64,000 nt of DNA from Octopus sinensis (lineage: Eukaryota). Made by a program: the position numbers and the translations under genes. Each line of letters begins with the position of its first letter. The first letter of the stretch is position 1. The stretch is from NCBI RefSeq assembly GCF_006345805.1, contig NC_043006.1:57226001-57290000 (forward strand). Reading direction: 5' to 3'. Below the pieces are notes generated by a model that worked only from the letters and a program-made list of their open reading frames with translations, searched no databases and was not told where the DNA came from. Of this stretch, positions 26,350 through 42,027 are shown piece after piece.

Positions 26350-26752
26350 CACAGCTTCTAGCACTGGAGATGTACTACGGTGTCAGCTGTTCACTACCAG
26401 TGAATTAAGGTAACACCCCTTATTTTTCGAGTACCATCTGGAGTATTCGAGCGGTCCTAAGCAGTGCTGTTTTCTGCAAGTGCCCCACCCTAATTGTAGC
26501 CCCTATTTGTTCCATGTACTTCTCAAGATTTTTACTCACTGTTCCCAAGGCTCCGACAATTATGTATACTACTACCACCTTTTTCATCGACCACCACTGC
26601 TTAACCTCCCAAGCTAACCTAGTTTCCTATTCTCTATTTCATGGTCGCATTGAATTATAAAATCCCATAGGATCTTTGCATTATTGTTTTCGATGATACA
26701 TTCGGGTTTATGCTCGTACCCGATGATGCCTTCGGGTTTATGTTCGTACCAT
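26345..26752 (-). pseudogene. R4/Dong-like 3' fragment of another family
   Basis: Minus reading WYEHKP..IIENNNAKILWDFIIQCDHEIE and GALGTVSKNLEKY..LQKTALLRTARIL. Confidence 0.7.
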
Positions 26753-26758
26753 TATTAA

Positions 26759-26798
<40 letters not shown>

Positions 26799-26820
26799 GT
26801 TGTTGTGTTGTTGTTGTTGT

Positions 26821-26858
<38 letters not shown>

Positions 26859-26870
26859 TTGTCGTCGTCG

Positions 26871-26901
<31 letters not shown>

Positions 26902-26944
26902 TATTATCATTTCGCTAGTGCATGTTAATTTAGTTAGCAGGTAT

Positions 26945-29795
26945 TTTACCTTGATTTTTGGCGACAACAAACCTCCTCAAACCCCAAGAATCTTTCTTAG
27001 AATTCTTACAGCATATAGAATGGTACTTTTTTTCATTCAGGTCGGCAATGCAAGTTCCAATTCCAATCTCTTTCAGTCTTTTTGTAGCATTTTGGGTGTT
27101 GTGCCAAGTACACCAATTACAACAGGAACACCTTTTTCTTTTCACAGTCTCCTCAGCTCTCTGGCTAGATCCTGATTTTTCTCGTTTTTTCCCCTCCATT
27201 TCTTTGGTATCTACTATGTTGTCCTAGGAAATTGCAAAATCTATGATCTTATGTTGTTGTTTTATTTTATCCCCTTTAATCATAACTGGTTTTCTTGCTT
27301 CAGTAGTATGATCAGTCTTTATGGCGAAGTCCCACAAAATCTTGTAATTCTCATTTTCTGTCACAGCCTCTGGTTTATGTTCATACCACTTTTCTGCTGT
27401 TTTGAGGCCACACACTCAGCCAACACCTTAATGCACTCTTTTGCCTCCACAGTCATGTCTGCACTTTTATTGCTTTGATAATAGTATTCTGCACTTACTC
27501 AAAATGAGGTTGATACTCTCGTATCTTTTCCTGCTAATTCTACATTTGTTGTCTGAGTTTTGTCGATCTTTGTCTTTATTAGATTCGTTCTAAGGGCATG
27601 TTCCTGAGCGGCTATAATTAGCGTTTCTGTTTCTCACGTCAAGTTCCCCTCCGTCATCCAAAGCTAGAGATCTTCCAACATTCTCGCTTTGTTACATGAA
27701 TCGGGCATGTTCCATTTTTTAAACCTTTTGTTCATTGTTTTCCTCCCTTTTCTCTTCGAATTCTCCGGTTGCTTCAATTACTTGTTGGATATCTTTGGCT
27801 GCCAAAAGTATTCTTTCTTTACTCTACACAATATAATTTTTCAGACCCAGTATCACAGTACTAACAGTGTCTTCTGCGCTTAGTAATCTTCTGCCATTTC
27901 CCTATCTTGATAGACAGTATCGGTCAGTATTACTTTTAGGATGGAGTGCGTCATGTATTGTGAGCAGCTTTCTAGTTCTATCCAAGTTCTACAGCTCTAA
28001 CTTTGTCCATTTCAGAAAGGGAGCAGAGTACCCCAATACGGGCATAGCTCATGTACTTATAGCTTTAATGATGTTCCTTCTATTTAATTGTTTTATCACC
28101 TTCCTAATTCTAATACTCTAATGACTTTCTCATTTCTTTTTTCATTAACTTGTCTTGCAGTACTCGCAGGTATTTGCATCCTTCATTATTTCACAGCGAT
28201 CTAATGATGTCTTGTGGTAATTTTATGCCATATGACTTCATCTTTCAGCTTCTCTTCATGATTAGTACTGCGCATTTATCTACACTTAACTGATTTCCAA
28301 TGTCTTTACTGAATACTCTCACTGTTTCGGTCAGAGGATCCAGGCCTGTCTCTCTTTTGTATATATCTTAATGTCATTCGTTTAAAATCGGTGATTTATT
28401 CTCATTTTGATTTTAGTAAATTCATCGGCAGGCCTGGATTCTTTTAATATACTTGTCAGAGGGATTAGCGTAATGACGAAGGATAGCGGAGGGAGCGAGT
28501 TTCCTTACAAAGTACCTTAGCATATTTTCACGTCACCTAGCGATTCATTTACACATGTAAGCTATACTTCCAACACTTTCATTGATTTCTCCAAAAAGGT
28601 CTTTATCTTCTTATTCACTCCAATCGTCTTCATATACTCCAAGAGCCAGATGTGTGGGATATTGTCGCAAGCTTTCCTGTAATCTATCCATTCAATAGCT
28701 AAATTCCTCCACTTTACTCGTACCTCATTTAATATTCTGTTATCTACAGATAGCAAATCCCCAGTTCTCCTTGTTTACTTTCTGCATCCTTTCTGCTTTG
28801 TTGGTAATAGATTCTCTTTCCAGAACATTATATACCTCATCGTCTATGAAACCAGATAAAAGTTTCCAGAGTAACGTTATACAAGTAGTAGGTTTGCTAA
28901 CTTCCCCTCTCATTTCTTTGTGTTCTATCAGCTCTGTTCTTCCTTTTGTCTTCCATGTTGGTGTTCCATTTTCTATGCAGTTAGTAAAAACCAATCGGAT
29001 TTAGTTGTGTATACTTGGGAGGTTTTTGAGTTAGAAACCCTGGACAATATCTGATCCGGGGGCTTCCCAGTGTGGTATTTCCTGGATGATCTCTTTTATT
29101 TTCTTATCCGTGAACTGTTATATTTTCTTGCGTTACTCCAGTTTCCGTTTCTCTTAGGGTTTGAACAATGATAAAGGCTGCACAGTATATACGGTCGTTT
29201 AGATCTGTTATGTTTTCGATGTAGATTTTCGTTAATAATTCGTCCATTTTTTACACTTCTTTAAATAGCTTTCCGCTTTCGATTCCTCTCAGAACTGGTA
29301 GTCTCTTTCTGTCGCTATTTTGTGCCTCATTCAGGTGTAGTAGTAAGCCTCTTTCTTCCTTTGTAATAGTCTTTCTCTCCACAAAGTAAAATTTACCTTC
29401 ATCTGGGCGCCTGTTTCTTTTGTGGGTATTTATTGGTCCCTCTACTAATCCCTGTTTTTGTTCTGCTTTTCGTTCTATGTGTTCAGCATAGTCACGTTCA
29501 CACTCTTTCACTATTATGAATATCTTTTCCAGTTCCAGTCGGGATAGGCACTGCCTTTGTACAATTACATTTTTATTTTTTCAGTCTTAAAATCTTTGCT
29601 CTGTGATAAGGAACATGTCTTTCTCAGTCCAAATTTTATGCATTCTTTTCTGGTATCGAAATTTGGTATGCTCACGTCTGTAATAACATTTCATTACACT
29701 TCTATCGTCGTTTTGAATCCCTTTTCTCCTAATCTTTATAGCAGTATTTGGATTACGACCAACTCCACCCTGCTGCATAGTAGAAAACTCGCCGT
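26945..29795 (-). pseudogene. Old, heavily degenerate near-full-length R4/Dong-like LINE
   Basis: Fragments in the correct order: MKCYYR..RMHKIW..TEQR (N-term), TKGRTELI..CITLLWKLL, IDYRKACDNIPH, KWYEHKPEAVTENENYKILWDF. Confidence 0.8.
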
Positions 29796-29799
29796 GCAA

Positions 29800-30225
29800 A
29801 GGCGATGAGCTAGCAGAATAGTTAGTACGCTGGAAAAAAATGCTCAGTAGCATTTCGTCCGTCTTTACGTTCTGAATTCATATTTCCCCTTGGTTGATTT
29901 CGCTTTTCACCCTTTCAGGATCGATATATTAAGTACCAGTTAAGCACTGGGCTCGATATAGTTAACTAGCGCCCTCCTACAAAAATTCAGGCCTTGTCCC
30001 TATAGAAGAAATGATTATTATCATTATTATTTAAGTGGTGGGCTGGCAGAATCGTTAGCATACTCAGCAAAATGCTTAGCAGCAGTTCTTCCGGATCGAC
30101 ACGTTCTGAGTTCAAATTCTGTCCAGCTTCACGTTGCCTTTCGGGGTCGATAACATAAGTGCCTGCTGAGCACTGGGGTCGATGGAATCAACTTCCCCAC
30201 CACAAAACTACTAGCCTTGGGCTAT
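29800..30225 (+). mobile_element. Two tandem SINE family A copies
   Basis: A/B boxes and family core at ~29800-30012 and ~30032-30225. Confidence 0.75.
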
Positions 30226-30261
30226 AATAATAATAAAAGTAATAATAACAACAACAACAAC

Positions 30262-30318
<57 letters not shown>

Positions 30319-30321
<3 letters not shown>

Positions 30322-31725
30322 TAGTTTTATTTTTTATAGCGTGCTTTCACTTCACTACCGAGCGCAGATCTGTGTGCCTTGGGTATGTGCTGTGATTTGT
30401 TGTGATGCTCTGATGGTTATTGTATGGAAAGTGTTCTGCGTAGGATGTGTGCAGTGCCTAGTAGTACAATTTTCTGTATGTTATATGTGTTTGTAAGTCC
30501 TGGTGTTTTTGTTATGTATTTGTCTGAATATTTTTTTATCATGCCTAATGCACCTACTATGATAGGAATTGTTTCTGCTTTTAGATTCCACATTCTGGTT
30601 ACCTCCATTTCCAGGTCTTTGTATTTTGAGAGTTTCTCCATTTCTTTTAGAGAAACGGTGTCATCTGCCGGTATTGATACATCAATTAGAAAGCATTTTT
30701 TATCTTCATGATCTCTGACAACTATATCTGGTCTGTTGGCCTTAATTTCTCTATCTGTGTGTATCGGCATATCCCAAAGTATGGTTGCTTTTTCATTTTC
30801 TGTGACCTTTTCTGGTGTGTGCCTATACCATCTTTTTTCTGTTGTTATTCCATAATGTTGGCATAGCTTCCAGTGTATGTAGGTTCCAACTCTGTCATGT
30901 CTGTGAATATATTCCTTCTTAGCCAGGACTGGGCAGCCAGAGATAATATGATTTATTGTTTCTTGTCCATTTCCACATATTCTGCAGTTACTTGTTATAT
31001 TTCTTTTCATTACATGTTTTTGGTAATTTCTGGTGGGGAGGCTTTGGTCTTGTGCTGCAATTAAAAATCCCTCTGTCTCTGCTTTGAGTCTTGAGCTTCT
31101 CAACCATTGCTGGGATTTTTCTTTGTCTATTTCTTTTGCGTTTAGTTTAGTCCAGTATTTACCGTGAAGGGGTTTTTCTTGCCATCGTTTTATCATGTTT
31201 TTTTGCTGTTCTAGTTTTAGTTTGGATTTCATTTGTTTTATAGCTTTTGTTGTTTCTTCTTCATCTTCTACTTCTTCTTCTTCATGTTTATTAGGTGGTA
31301 TGATTTCTTGTTTGTATTTGTCAGCTTCCTTAAATACTGAGAACAGTTTTTTGTTTTGCTCGTGTTTTGCCGCTATCTGGATCAGTTTTCCTTCCTTCTG
31401 AAGTAGATATTTTTGCAGTCCTGTGGTGGTTATTTTATAGTAGTTTTCCAGCTGTATAAGGCCTCTAACACCTTCTATACGCTGTATATATAGTCTTTCT
31501 ATGTCAGATTTTGGGTGATGCATCCTAGATCCTGTCATTATTTTTCTTGTTTTCCTATCTATTTTGGTCAGTTCATTTAGTGTCCAGTTAAGGATATTGT
31601 AGCTGTAACTTATAACTGGGACAGCTAAAGTGTTAATACCTATTATCTTGTTTTTAGCATTGAGCTCTGTTTTTAGTATTGATCTAACTCGTCTATAATA
31701 TTCTTTTTTTATTTTCTCTTTCATT
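30319..31725 (-). mobile_element. R4/Dong-like family B copy B3 (5'-truncated, ORF intact over the retained part)
   Basis: 435-aa ORF 30417-31724: CRICGNGQETINHIISGC, RHD, RPDIVV..LIDVSIP..KY; (ATT)n at both ends. Confidence 0.93.
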
Positions 31726-31751
31726 TGTGTGTGTTGTGTCTTATCTTATTA

Positions 31752-31819
<68 letters not shown>

Positions 31820-31843
31820 TTGTTGTTGTTGTTGTTGTTGTTG

Positions 31844-31875
<32 letters not shown>

Positions 31876-32497
31876 TTATTGTCTTTACTACTTTAAATAA
31901 TGATTCATTTTACAAATCGGTGGAGCTGCAACTACTTCCGCTACACATCTTCAGTTCAAGGAATCCGCGGAAATGGCGCTGATGATAGTGATATTTTGCT
32001 GTCGTAATAATTCGTGGTACCCCAAGAACTATAACAAAAGGCCTGCCGTTTGTTGATGGCTTGAAGAAGCTCACGTCAGTTGTGTTCAAAGTTATGAATT
32101 GCGCATGATCTAGTTTTAAGTGAAGAGAATTTGTGCAGCATCATCCACACACTCTTGTCTCAAATTATCTAAAATCAGCTACAAATCAAGGGCAGATGAA
32201 GATGATTCAGAAGTTGCTGGAGACTTGTCAGTGTTTGACACGGAATGAATTGTAGAGCTTTGTTTTGATATTTCTGTCAGGCTTGTTTCTGCTACCCTTA
32301 CCTTTCACAAAATTTTCCGGAGGTCGTTCAATGACAGTCTTACCTGCAAAGTAATGGGGGTTCGAAATCTAAATTTTTTATATCCTAGACCAGTCATGAG
32401 TAAACTGCGACCTTGAATTTCTTCTTTTTTAGTAGTGCGGTCCGCTTGAGGATGAACCGGGTATCATGCAGCCCGCTTCTCGAAAAAGGTTGCCCAT

Positions 32498-32660
32498 AGG
32501 CGTAGGAGTGGCTGTGTGGTAAGTAGGCTGCTTACCAACCACATTGTTCCGGGTTCAGTGCCACTGCGTGGCACCTTGGGTAAGTGTCTTCTACTATAGC
32601 CTCGGGCCGACCAAAGCCTTGTGAGTAGATTTGGTAGACGGAAACTGAAAGGGACCCGTC

Positions 32661-32731
<71 letters not shown>

Positions 32732-32930
32732 TGTGTTTATCCCCCCAGCATCGCTTGACAACCGATGCTGTTGTGTTTACGTCCACGGAACTTAGCGATT
32801 CGGCAAAAAAGACCGATAGAATAAGTCCTAGGCTTACAAAGAATAACTCCTGGGGTAGATTTGCTCGACCAAAAGGCGGTGCTCCAGCATGGCCACAGTC
32901 AAATGACTGAAACAAGTAAAAGAGTAAAAG
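32498..32930 (+). mobile_element. SINE family B
   Basis: Full match to 941-1327. Confidence 0.85.
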
Positions 32931-33574
32931 TTGATGTTTTTTTCTCGATGGATGTTCTGAATACAAGCAGGAGGGCATCACACACAGTGGTTTTATTGTG
33001 AAGTGGTCGCCAACTCGAATATTTATATATTCGTGCACAGAAATGCTAGATAGTCGTTGACCTTGTGCTGGATTTACCCGGTCTTTCAGCAAATTTGGCT
33101 TTTATCTTTCTTGTGTCACCAAGTTAGTTTGATAGGAGTGTCGCATTAGTCGTTGACGAGCCAACCATGAAACAGGTTCTACTGGATTACGCGTTACCAG
33201 TAACAATCACAATTAACCTGACACACATTCAGTCGATTATAACCCACCCACTGGGTAAGTACCTATGTACGTATGTATGTATGTATGTATGTATGTATGT
33301 ATGTATGTATGTATGTATGTATGTATGTATGTGTGTGTATATATATATATATATATATAACTTATAAAATAAGGGCAAAAGAGACGCATAAATTATAATG
33401 GTGATTGACAATTTTGTCATTTTTTCGGCATATTTGGCATTAGAATTTTTCTTTTGCCCTTATTTTATAAGTTATTTATAAATTTAACCTTTGAAGGTAT
33501 TTTTTAATATGCTGGCCATTGATAAAATTTATTTTTTTCGAAAACATTTTATCTTACATTAGTTATATATATAT

Positions 33575-34092
33575 ATGTCATTATTCAGTTTATTTCGAGA
33601 TTTCTTACCAATAGAGAAAGAACCGGTTTCTATCCTAAACCCAAGGCTCCTTCATTGGAATTTCAACATCAGCAACAGGGTACTTTTGTATGTATGTATG
33701 TATGTATGTATGTATGAATGTATGTATGTATGTATGTATGTATGTATGTATGTATGTATGTATCTGCAGATTAGTATGTTTTATGTATGTATTCTCATGC
33801 ATATAGTTACATATTGTTACATGCTCATATATATTAAAATGATAAATTTCTGGAAAGTTTTACAGAGTTTTACAATTACAGTGATGGATTAAATCTGTAG
33901 TCTTCGAATTAGCTTTCTCCTTTCTGATTTTGAGAAGCTTAATTTCTCAAGATTGATATTTAGGCAGTGTGTTACCTATCCCAGTGCCCCAATAATTACA
34001 AGTATAGAGTAACTGCAGATTTCTCAATAGTTCAGCATTGGTGTTCTCTTTTTTCACTGATCTTCAGCTTTATATTAACATCCGCTGTTAAT
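33575..34092 (-). pseudogene. REL-LINE 3' portion of the (TATG)n-associated family
   Basis: Minus reading VIIGALG*VTHCLNINLEKLSF..LIRRLQI..VKLCKTF; 3' end matches 13828-13935; 5' end abuts (TATG)n. Confidence 0.65.
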
Positions 34093-34196
34093 CATATGTA
34101 TGTATGTACGAATGTATGTATGTATGTATGTATGTATAAAAAAATTTATATAGTCCTTCACATAAAGAATCTTGTAAACCAAATACAGAAACGAAT

Positions 34197-34266
<70 letters not shown>

Positions 34267-34721
34267 TGTGTGTGTGTGTGCGTGTGTGTGTGTAATACTT
34301 TGTTTAGTTAAATATAACATTCTCTCAAGTTTTAGAAAAGTAAACACTTGATAACAGGGAATGTTACGTTATGTATAAATAATTGTTATTTATAAACCTG
34401 TTTACGTGGTTTATAAAATAGCAGTCAAATCTCCCTCAAATTACATCCCACAGTTTTAGATAATGAAGGATACATTGGACAATAAAGTTTTTCATATGTG
34501 TGTGTATATTGAAAGACGAGATGGTCACAATTGGAATACGTTTTAAATATAGGTTCGCTCGATCAGAGCCGACCTGGGGTTAAACAATAACAATAGTAAC
34601 AACATCAACAACAGGGGCATGAACAACAACAGCAACAATAAGCTCCACCGACTTGTCAAAATAATCATTATTTGAAGTAGTAAACATGTGAAGGCCTTCC
34701 CACTGTGGCCACTACATCTCT

Positions 34722-34880
34722 TAGACGGCGAGCTGACAAAATCGTTAGCACACCAAGCTAAATGCTAAGCGGTATTTCGTCCGTCTTTACGATCTGGGTT
34801 CAAATTCCGCCGAGGTTTACTTTGCCTTTCATCCTTTCGGGGTCGATAAATTAAGTACAAGTGGAGTACTGAGGTCGGAT
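34722..34880 (+). mobile_element. SINE family A
   Basis: Family core present. Confidence 0.75.
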
Positions 34881-35129
34881 CTTTACCTTTTGACCTACAG
34901 ATTTAAAAAATAATTTTTTGTACCTAAACACTTTCAAACTTCGGCCACTGATAGAATGTGTCATATAAAACATCTTTTACTCTTAGCATTTTTGAGAAAA
35001 ACTTATATTTACGAAGTAATTTCACGTCAAAGTAGTCCTATTTCGGTAATTTCAACCAATCAATGACGTGTATTCAGATGAATAAAATTACTGCCGTTGT
35101 TTGTCAACAAGAACTTCAACAACAACAAC

Positions 35130-35495
35130 AACAACAATCATTTCTACTGAAGGCACAAGGCCTGATATTTTGGGGGAGGAGGCTAGTGGATTACATTGAC
35201 CTCAGTGTTTCACTGGTATTTATTTTATCGGACCTGAAAGGATGAAAGGTATAGTCGAACTCGGCAGAATTTGAACTCAGAACTTAAAGGCAGACGAAAT
35301 GCCGTTTAGCATTTTGCCGAACGTGCTAACGATTCTGCCAGCTTACTGACTTAACAACAATAAAAATAATGGTCTCAAATTTTGCCACAAGGGCAGCAAT
35401 TTTGTGGGAGGGGATGTGTCGACCCCAGCCTTCAACTGGTACTTAATTTATCGACCCCGAAAGGATAAAAGACAATGTCGACCTCGGCGACATTT
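35130..35495 (-). mobile_element. Two SINE family A copies in minus orientation
   Basis: Reverse-complement cores at ~35130-35355 and ~35372-35495, each ending in (AAC/AAT)n on the + strand. Confidence 0.8.
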
Positions 35496-35511
35496 AACAA
35501 CAATAATAAAA

Positions 35512-38500
35512 TGATTTCATTTGCCACAAGGGCGAAGGATGAGGGTGGACAATACAGACTGACATAAAGTGTGGGGGTTACATATAATAATGAAATAACA
35601 AAAAAATAATAAATTAAATTAAAATAAAAATATAAAAAATAAAGTACACACGCTATACACTGGAAAAAAAGGGACATGTGCATGGCATACAAAGATATAA
35701 AAAACGGAGGGAGGATGATAGAGATTTGACCCTCCTGATACAGGAACACCTCTAGGGATAATCGAGGAACCCCACTGCCTGACATTTTCCTAAAACCCTA
35801 GGAGCAAGTGCCTTCTCCAATTCCTTCTCTCCGACTCACAGGTCTACACTTAGAGAGGTAACATCCACTCTTGCCATTTTCGCAACTTTCACCCACCTTT
35901 CAATAAACTCATTCGAGGACAGCTCTTCCCCCTCCACTCTCAATTTCCTCTTCAAGTGAAACTTAAAAAAGTCAGTGAGAGCTCTATCAAAGAGGAATGT
36001 AACTGTTTTCATGCCTTTCAGCCTTGTCCACCAAACAACCTTTTTCGCCACGGCCACCAGGTAAAGGAAAGCTGCCTTGCCTGCCCGATCGAAGGAGGGC
36101 GGCGGTGCAAACATCACTACAGAGTCGGCCGATGGACGGGTTCTTCCCACACGGGACAGCATCTGTTCAACATAACCCCACAAGTCAGCAATGTCCGGAC
36201 ACTGAACGAGGGCGTGCAGAACAGTTCCGTCACTCTGTGTGCACCTGGGACAAGTCAGTCTGACAGCACGTCCGTATCTGTAGAGTTTATCTCGAACCGC
36301 TAGCGTTCCCCCCACCCCTCGGTAATACTGCCAGGCCAAGGACATCTGGAAATTATCCATGATAGTTCCTGACTGGAAAGTGTCGGCACCCAGAGTCTCC
36401 CCGAGAACATCGTCGCACTTTCCCGCCACTAATCCTCTATAAATTTCTAAAGTGGAATATCTACTGACCCCATTACCCGACTTGTTGAGGGTTGTGAGCG
36501 CCTGATGAAATTCCGGGTGCCAGGCGCCCAGTCTCGGTCTTTTCTTCACCTAAGACTGCAGATCCGTCAAGGAGATGAGCTGCGAAAAGACGAGACTCAC
36601 AAACGGAGACCATACACGCTCACCGTCCAGAAATCGTTGCAGGTGGCGTAACCTAAGAGCGTGTCTGCACATTAAGAGCCACGGCATACTTAATCCGCCA
36701 CTCAGAGGATGCTGGCAACAGACTGACCACCTGACCATTAGAACGCATCCCTTCCACAAGAATTTAAATAAGATGCTCCAACCTGGTCAAGCAGTAACCG
36801 GGACGAGGCATGATGGTCAGGCGATAAATGATAGCGGAGGCGATGTAAGCATTCACTACCTCTACCCGACCTTTCAGGAATAGCTTCTTTCAGCCTATTT
36901 CTGGGTAAGACTGGCCACCCTGTTCGCCACCTCGTCCCAGTTATTATCAACCTGGAGGTCAGGACGAAACAAGACCACGAGCACTTTAACTTGTCCGTCG
37001 GTCCAGCGTCCGACAACGCCAATCGATGGCATCGTCCCGCCTCTCCAAGAGCCCAACCACAAACCAACCAATTTTAGCCCCTGCAACTAATTCATATTCC
37101 TTTAGGATGGTGCCGGCCGTCTCCACTTTTGAGGTGTCAGACACCATGACAGTGACATTGCCCGTATATGCTGACACTGTCCTTCCTTGTCCCAGTTCGA
37201 AAGGGATGCCCCTTAGCTGTTCCAGCTTCTGCTACAGTGGCTCGAGTGTCAATACGTTTAGAAGAGGCGACAGCGGGCATCCCTCACGAACCGAGAGTGC
37301 GATGCCAAACGGCTCCGATAGGTGTCCGTTTACTTTGACCACTGACAGATACCGCTGTGCATTGCAGCGAACCAGCCTCTGAAAACGAGTCCGAAACCGC
37401 CTGATTTCAAGACGGCTTCCAAGTAGCGATGATTGACCCTATCGAATGCTTTTGATTGATCCTAACTGATCAGCACACTCATGAAGCCAGATGTGGTCCC
37501 AGCCCTCTCCATGATGTATCGCATAAGGAGGAGGTTGTTGTGGATAGATCTACTCGAGATTGCGCATGTTTCTGCTCTAATCGCCCTCTTCAGGGCGGCC
37601 CACCATCGGTTGTTGACGATTGTCCCCGTCAAATGCCGCTTAACTAGTTCACTAATCCGGTTCCTGTACTCTTTGTGAGTCAGAAAGGACGTGTTTAACT
37701 TCCAGAAACCGGGTCCTATCTAACTCGACTGTGCAGATCACAAACTTGTGGTCTCTGTAGCCGACCAGTTTAAATTGTGGACAACCTGCACTATCCCTAT
37801 CCTCTGACCTAACAAATACTCTATCTGGATGACCCATTGTGGTCGTTCCATATCCATACTGGCACACCAGGGAAATCCAGTCGATACCTATCAGATAATT
37901 GGAAGTCTCTTAGTAGGTCTTAGAGGTTTTTGCATCCCTTTCTTCTGTGTACTAGCCTCACACACGTCTTCCTGCGTCGAAAATCCCATTTCAGTTCCCT
38001 ACAAGTATTAAATTGCGGGACGTTCCCAGGAAAATTTCTTGACACCTGAAGAATTCTAGCCTTCCAGCTCCTTTCGGGACATAGACGACCACCAATCTAA
38101 GGGCACCACCTTCACAACCATTCACATCTAGGACCTCCAAACTGCCGCCCGGGCCCTAGAAGATTGCCTTTACTTCGAGATCTAATGATTTTCGGAATAG
38201 CACTGCTTCCCGACACATCACATGATGAGAATATCTCAGTCATCGAAAATGGGAGCTAATGCTTGCGCATTAGAAATCCTTGTCTCGCTAATTGCAGCCA
38301 CATCTAAATCAAACGACCTGAGGTCGTTTAAAAGCTAGTGACCTTGCTTCCAAGCTGACCCCCGACCACGAACATTCACACACCCTACTCTGAAAAGACC
38401 ATGTTTATCGGAGAAACAGAATGGAAGAAGGTCACTTACCTTGGATTTTGAGAGGGTCGGCTGATTCAGCTGCCTCGTCTGACGCATTATCATTACTGAA

Positions 38501-38540
38501 GGACCTTCCTAAAGTCCTCTTGTTTGGCTCAATGTCTTTT
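35512..38540 (-). pseudogene. L1/Tx1-clade LINE: degenerate ORF2 (APE endonuclease, RT, CCHC) plus 3' UTR
   Basis: Minus strand: RVGCVNVRG..DVAAISET (APE start ~38402), F.LSDRYRLDFP..WIW, KAFDRVNHRYL, GCPLSPLL, SAYTGNV (decayed YADD), CPRC..TVLHALVQC (35836-36549). Confidence 0.85.
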
Positions 38541-39049
38541 GGGTATTTTGTTTAAAATTCTAAATAAGTGTTTGTGTCTGTTTTTATTAGTTGTCTGTCA
38601 TAGGGAATTTTCGACAGAAATAATTACAGCACTTATTTGTGATGTATAAAGATTGCCACGTTTAGTTACACATAAAATTCGATTAATTTAGTCTCAGGGT
38701 CTTCTGTCCCATTCGACCTAGCTTGTCAGAAAAAAAAATATGTATAACGAAATATGTAACTGCGTGTATGAGCATTGATCGATATGAAAAAACTAGCTAA
38801 CTGCAACATTTTTTACATGTAGCATACACACATACACACACATACATACCGCATTTCAAACCCTTGACTGTACGGTATGGTTTATTTACACAGGCAAAAC
38901 ACGCCCCTTTCAATCCCATTGCTCATATTTTATGATAATAGTTCTATTATAATTTTATTTTTTCTTCGCTGTTTTAGCCACTGACAGACTGCGTTCATTA
39001 AACTTAAACCAATCATATTAGTTTGATCAAACTGGGTATAATGACCCAA

Positions 39050-39055
39050 TTATAT

Positions 39056-39094
<39 letters not shown>

Positions 39095-39605
39095 TACACA
39101 CACATACACGCACACACACACACACACATACGCACACACAGATTAACGCACAAACGCACACACGCACCGCACATACGCAATATCTTACACACACATTTAT
39201 TCATTCATACATATATGTGTATGCGTGTGTGAATGAATGAATGTATATGATAGGTCGTACATGCAAAGAAATACACATGCGTGTGTGGATGTTTCTATTG
39301 AATGCATATACGCACCATGCATATACGAATCTGTATGCATCGATGCACAATTAAACATATACAAAAAACTTTACGCACATACATATATTCATATACCATA
39401 CGAAAACATCCATAAATACATACACACGTACATACATACATCTACACATAAAAAAAACATTCATTGTATACAATAACATACGTACATACATACATACATA
39501 CATACATACATACATACATACATACATACATACATACATACATACATACATACATAAATATATACATACATACATACATACATACATACATACTACATAC
39601 ATACA
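39050..39605. repeat. (CA)n and (CATA)n microsatellites
   Basis: Directly visible. Confidence 0.95.
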
Positions 39606-40170
39606 TACTTATATAATTTATTTACAGATATGTGTGTATGTGTGTTTTCTGTGTCTGTGGGTTTGTGCGTAATATGATTCATGTGTATTTACAAAGTTAC
39701 ATACAATATACATGTATATTGTGCGAGAGGGGATTGTGTTTGCTTCTTTGCAATATTTTCTTTCCAATTAAGGATTTTGTTGAATCATTTAGCAAAAAGA
39801 TATTCAAACAGAAAACAAGAAAGAAAGAAAGAAAGAACGGTAGCAACGACGACGACAACAAAGGAGGCGACGGGGCGACAACAACAAAAAAATAACATTA
39901 GCTGTTGCAGAACCAACAATAGTCGCAGCAGTGACAACAACAACATTAACAAAAGCACTAACAACAACAACAACAACAACAACAACAGCAACAGCAACAA
40001 CAAAAAAACGTGTACATAAAATACAATATATAGAACTTTCTATGAGGGTATAGGTTTCACTTGGAAGCCATCCGAATCAATCATACCTCTTTTTTTTTTG
40101 GTTTTTGTTGTTTTTTAAAAAAACTTTTCTGCAATTTCACACATGCCTAATATACGCAGTTTACAACGAT

Positions 40171-40217
<47 letters not shown>

Positions 40218-40794
40218 ACTGGGGGTGTGTTTTTGCGACCTACTACTTACTAGTCACAACTGTTGGAATTTTTAAACTTCTCGTTTTTTGTTTTTTCGTT
40301 CAAGCGAACACACCGACGTCGTGACAAGCGACAGACCGGACGTCGTAAACAGAGACACACCAAACGGAAGCATAGAACAAAACAAACAAACAAACAAACA
40401 AACAAACAAATAAATAAATAAACAACACGCACGCGCAGACACAAACACACACACGCACACCCACCCACACACACACACGCACACACACACACACACACAC
40501 ACATACATATAGACACAAACTATAGACACAGAGACTAAAAAAACCTCAGCAAGATGTCTCGTTTAAGATCTGCAATGTAAGTTCCGAAATTAACTTTTTA
40601 TGACTGTTGTTTGTTGCTGTTGTTGTTATTGCCGTGGTCGTTGTTGTTGCTACTGTTCTTTTTTATTGTCGCTGTTATTGTTCTTCTTGCTGTTATTATT
40701 GTTCTCGTTGCTGGCGTTATTATTTTTGGTGTTGTTGTTGTGGCGGTGGTTGCTGTTGTTGTTGTTGTTGTTGTCATTGTTGTTGTTGTTGTTA

Positions 40795-42026
<1,232 letters not shown>

Positions 42027-42027
<1 letters not shown>

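Noticed and set aside
38430-38540. AAG|GTAAGT splice-donor-like site on the minus strand upstream of Tx1 ORF2
   Set aside because: No convincing acceptor or exon homology; more simply the end of ORF1 or the inter-ORF spacer
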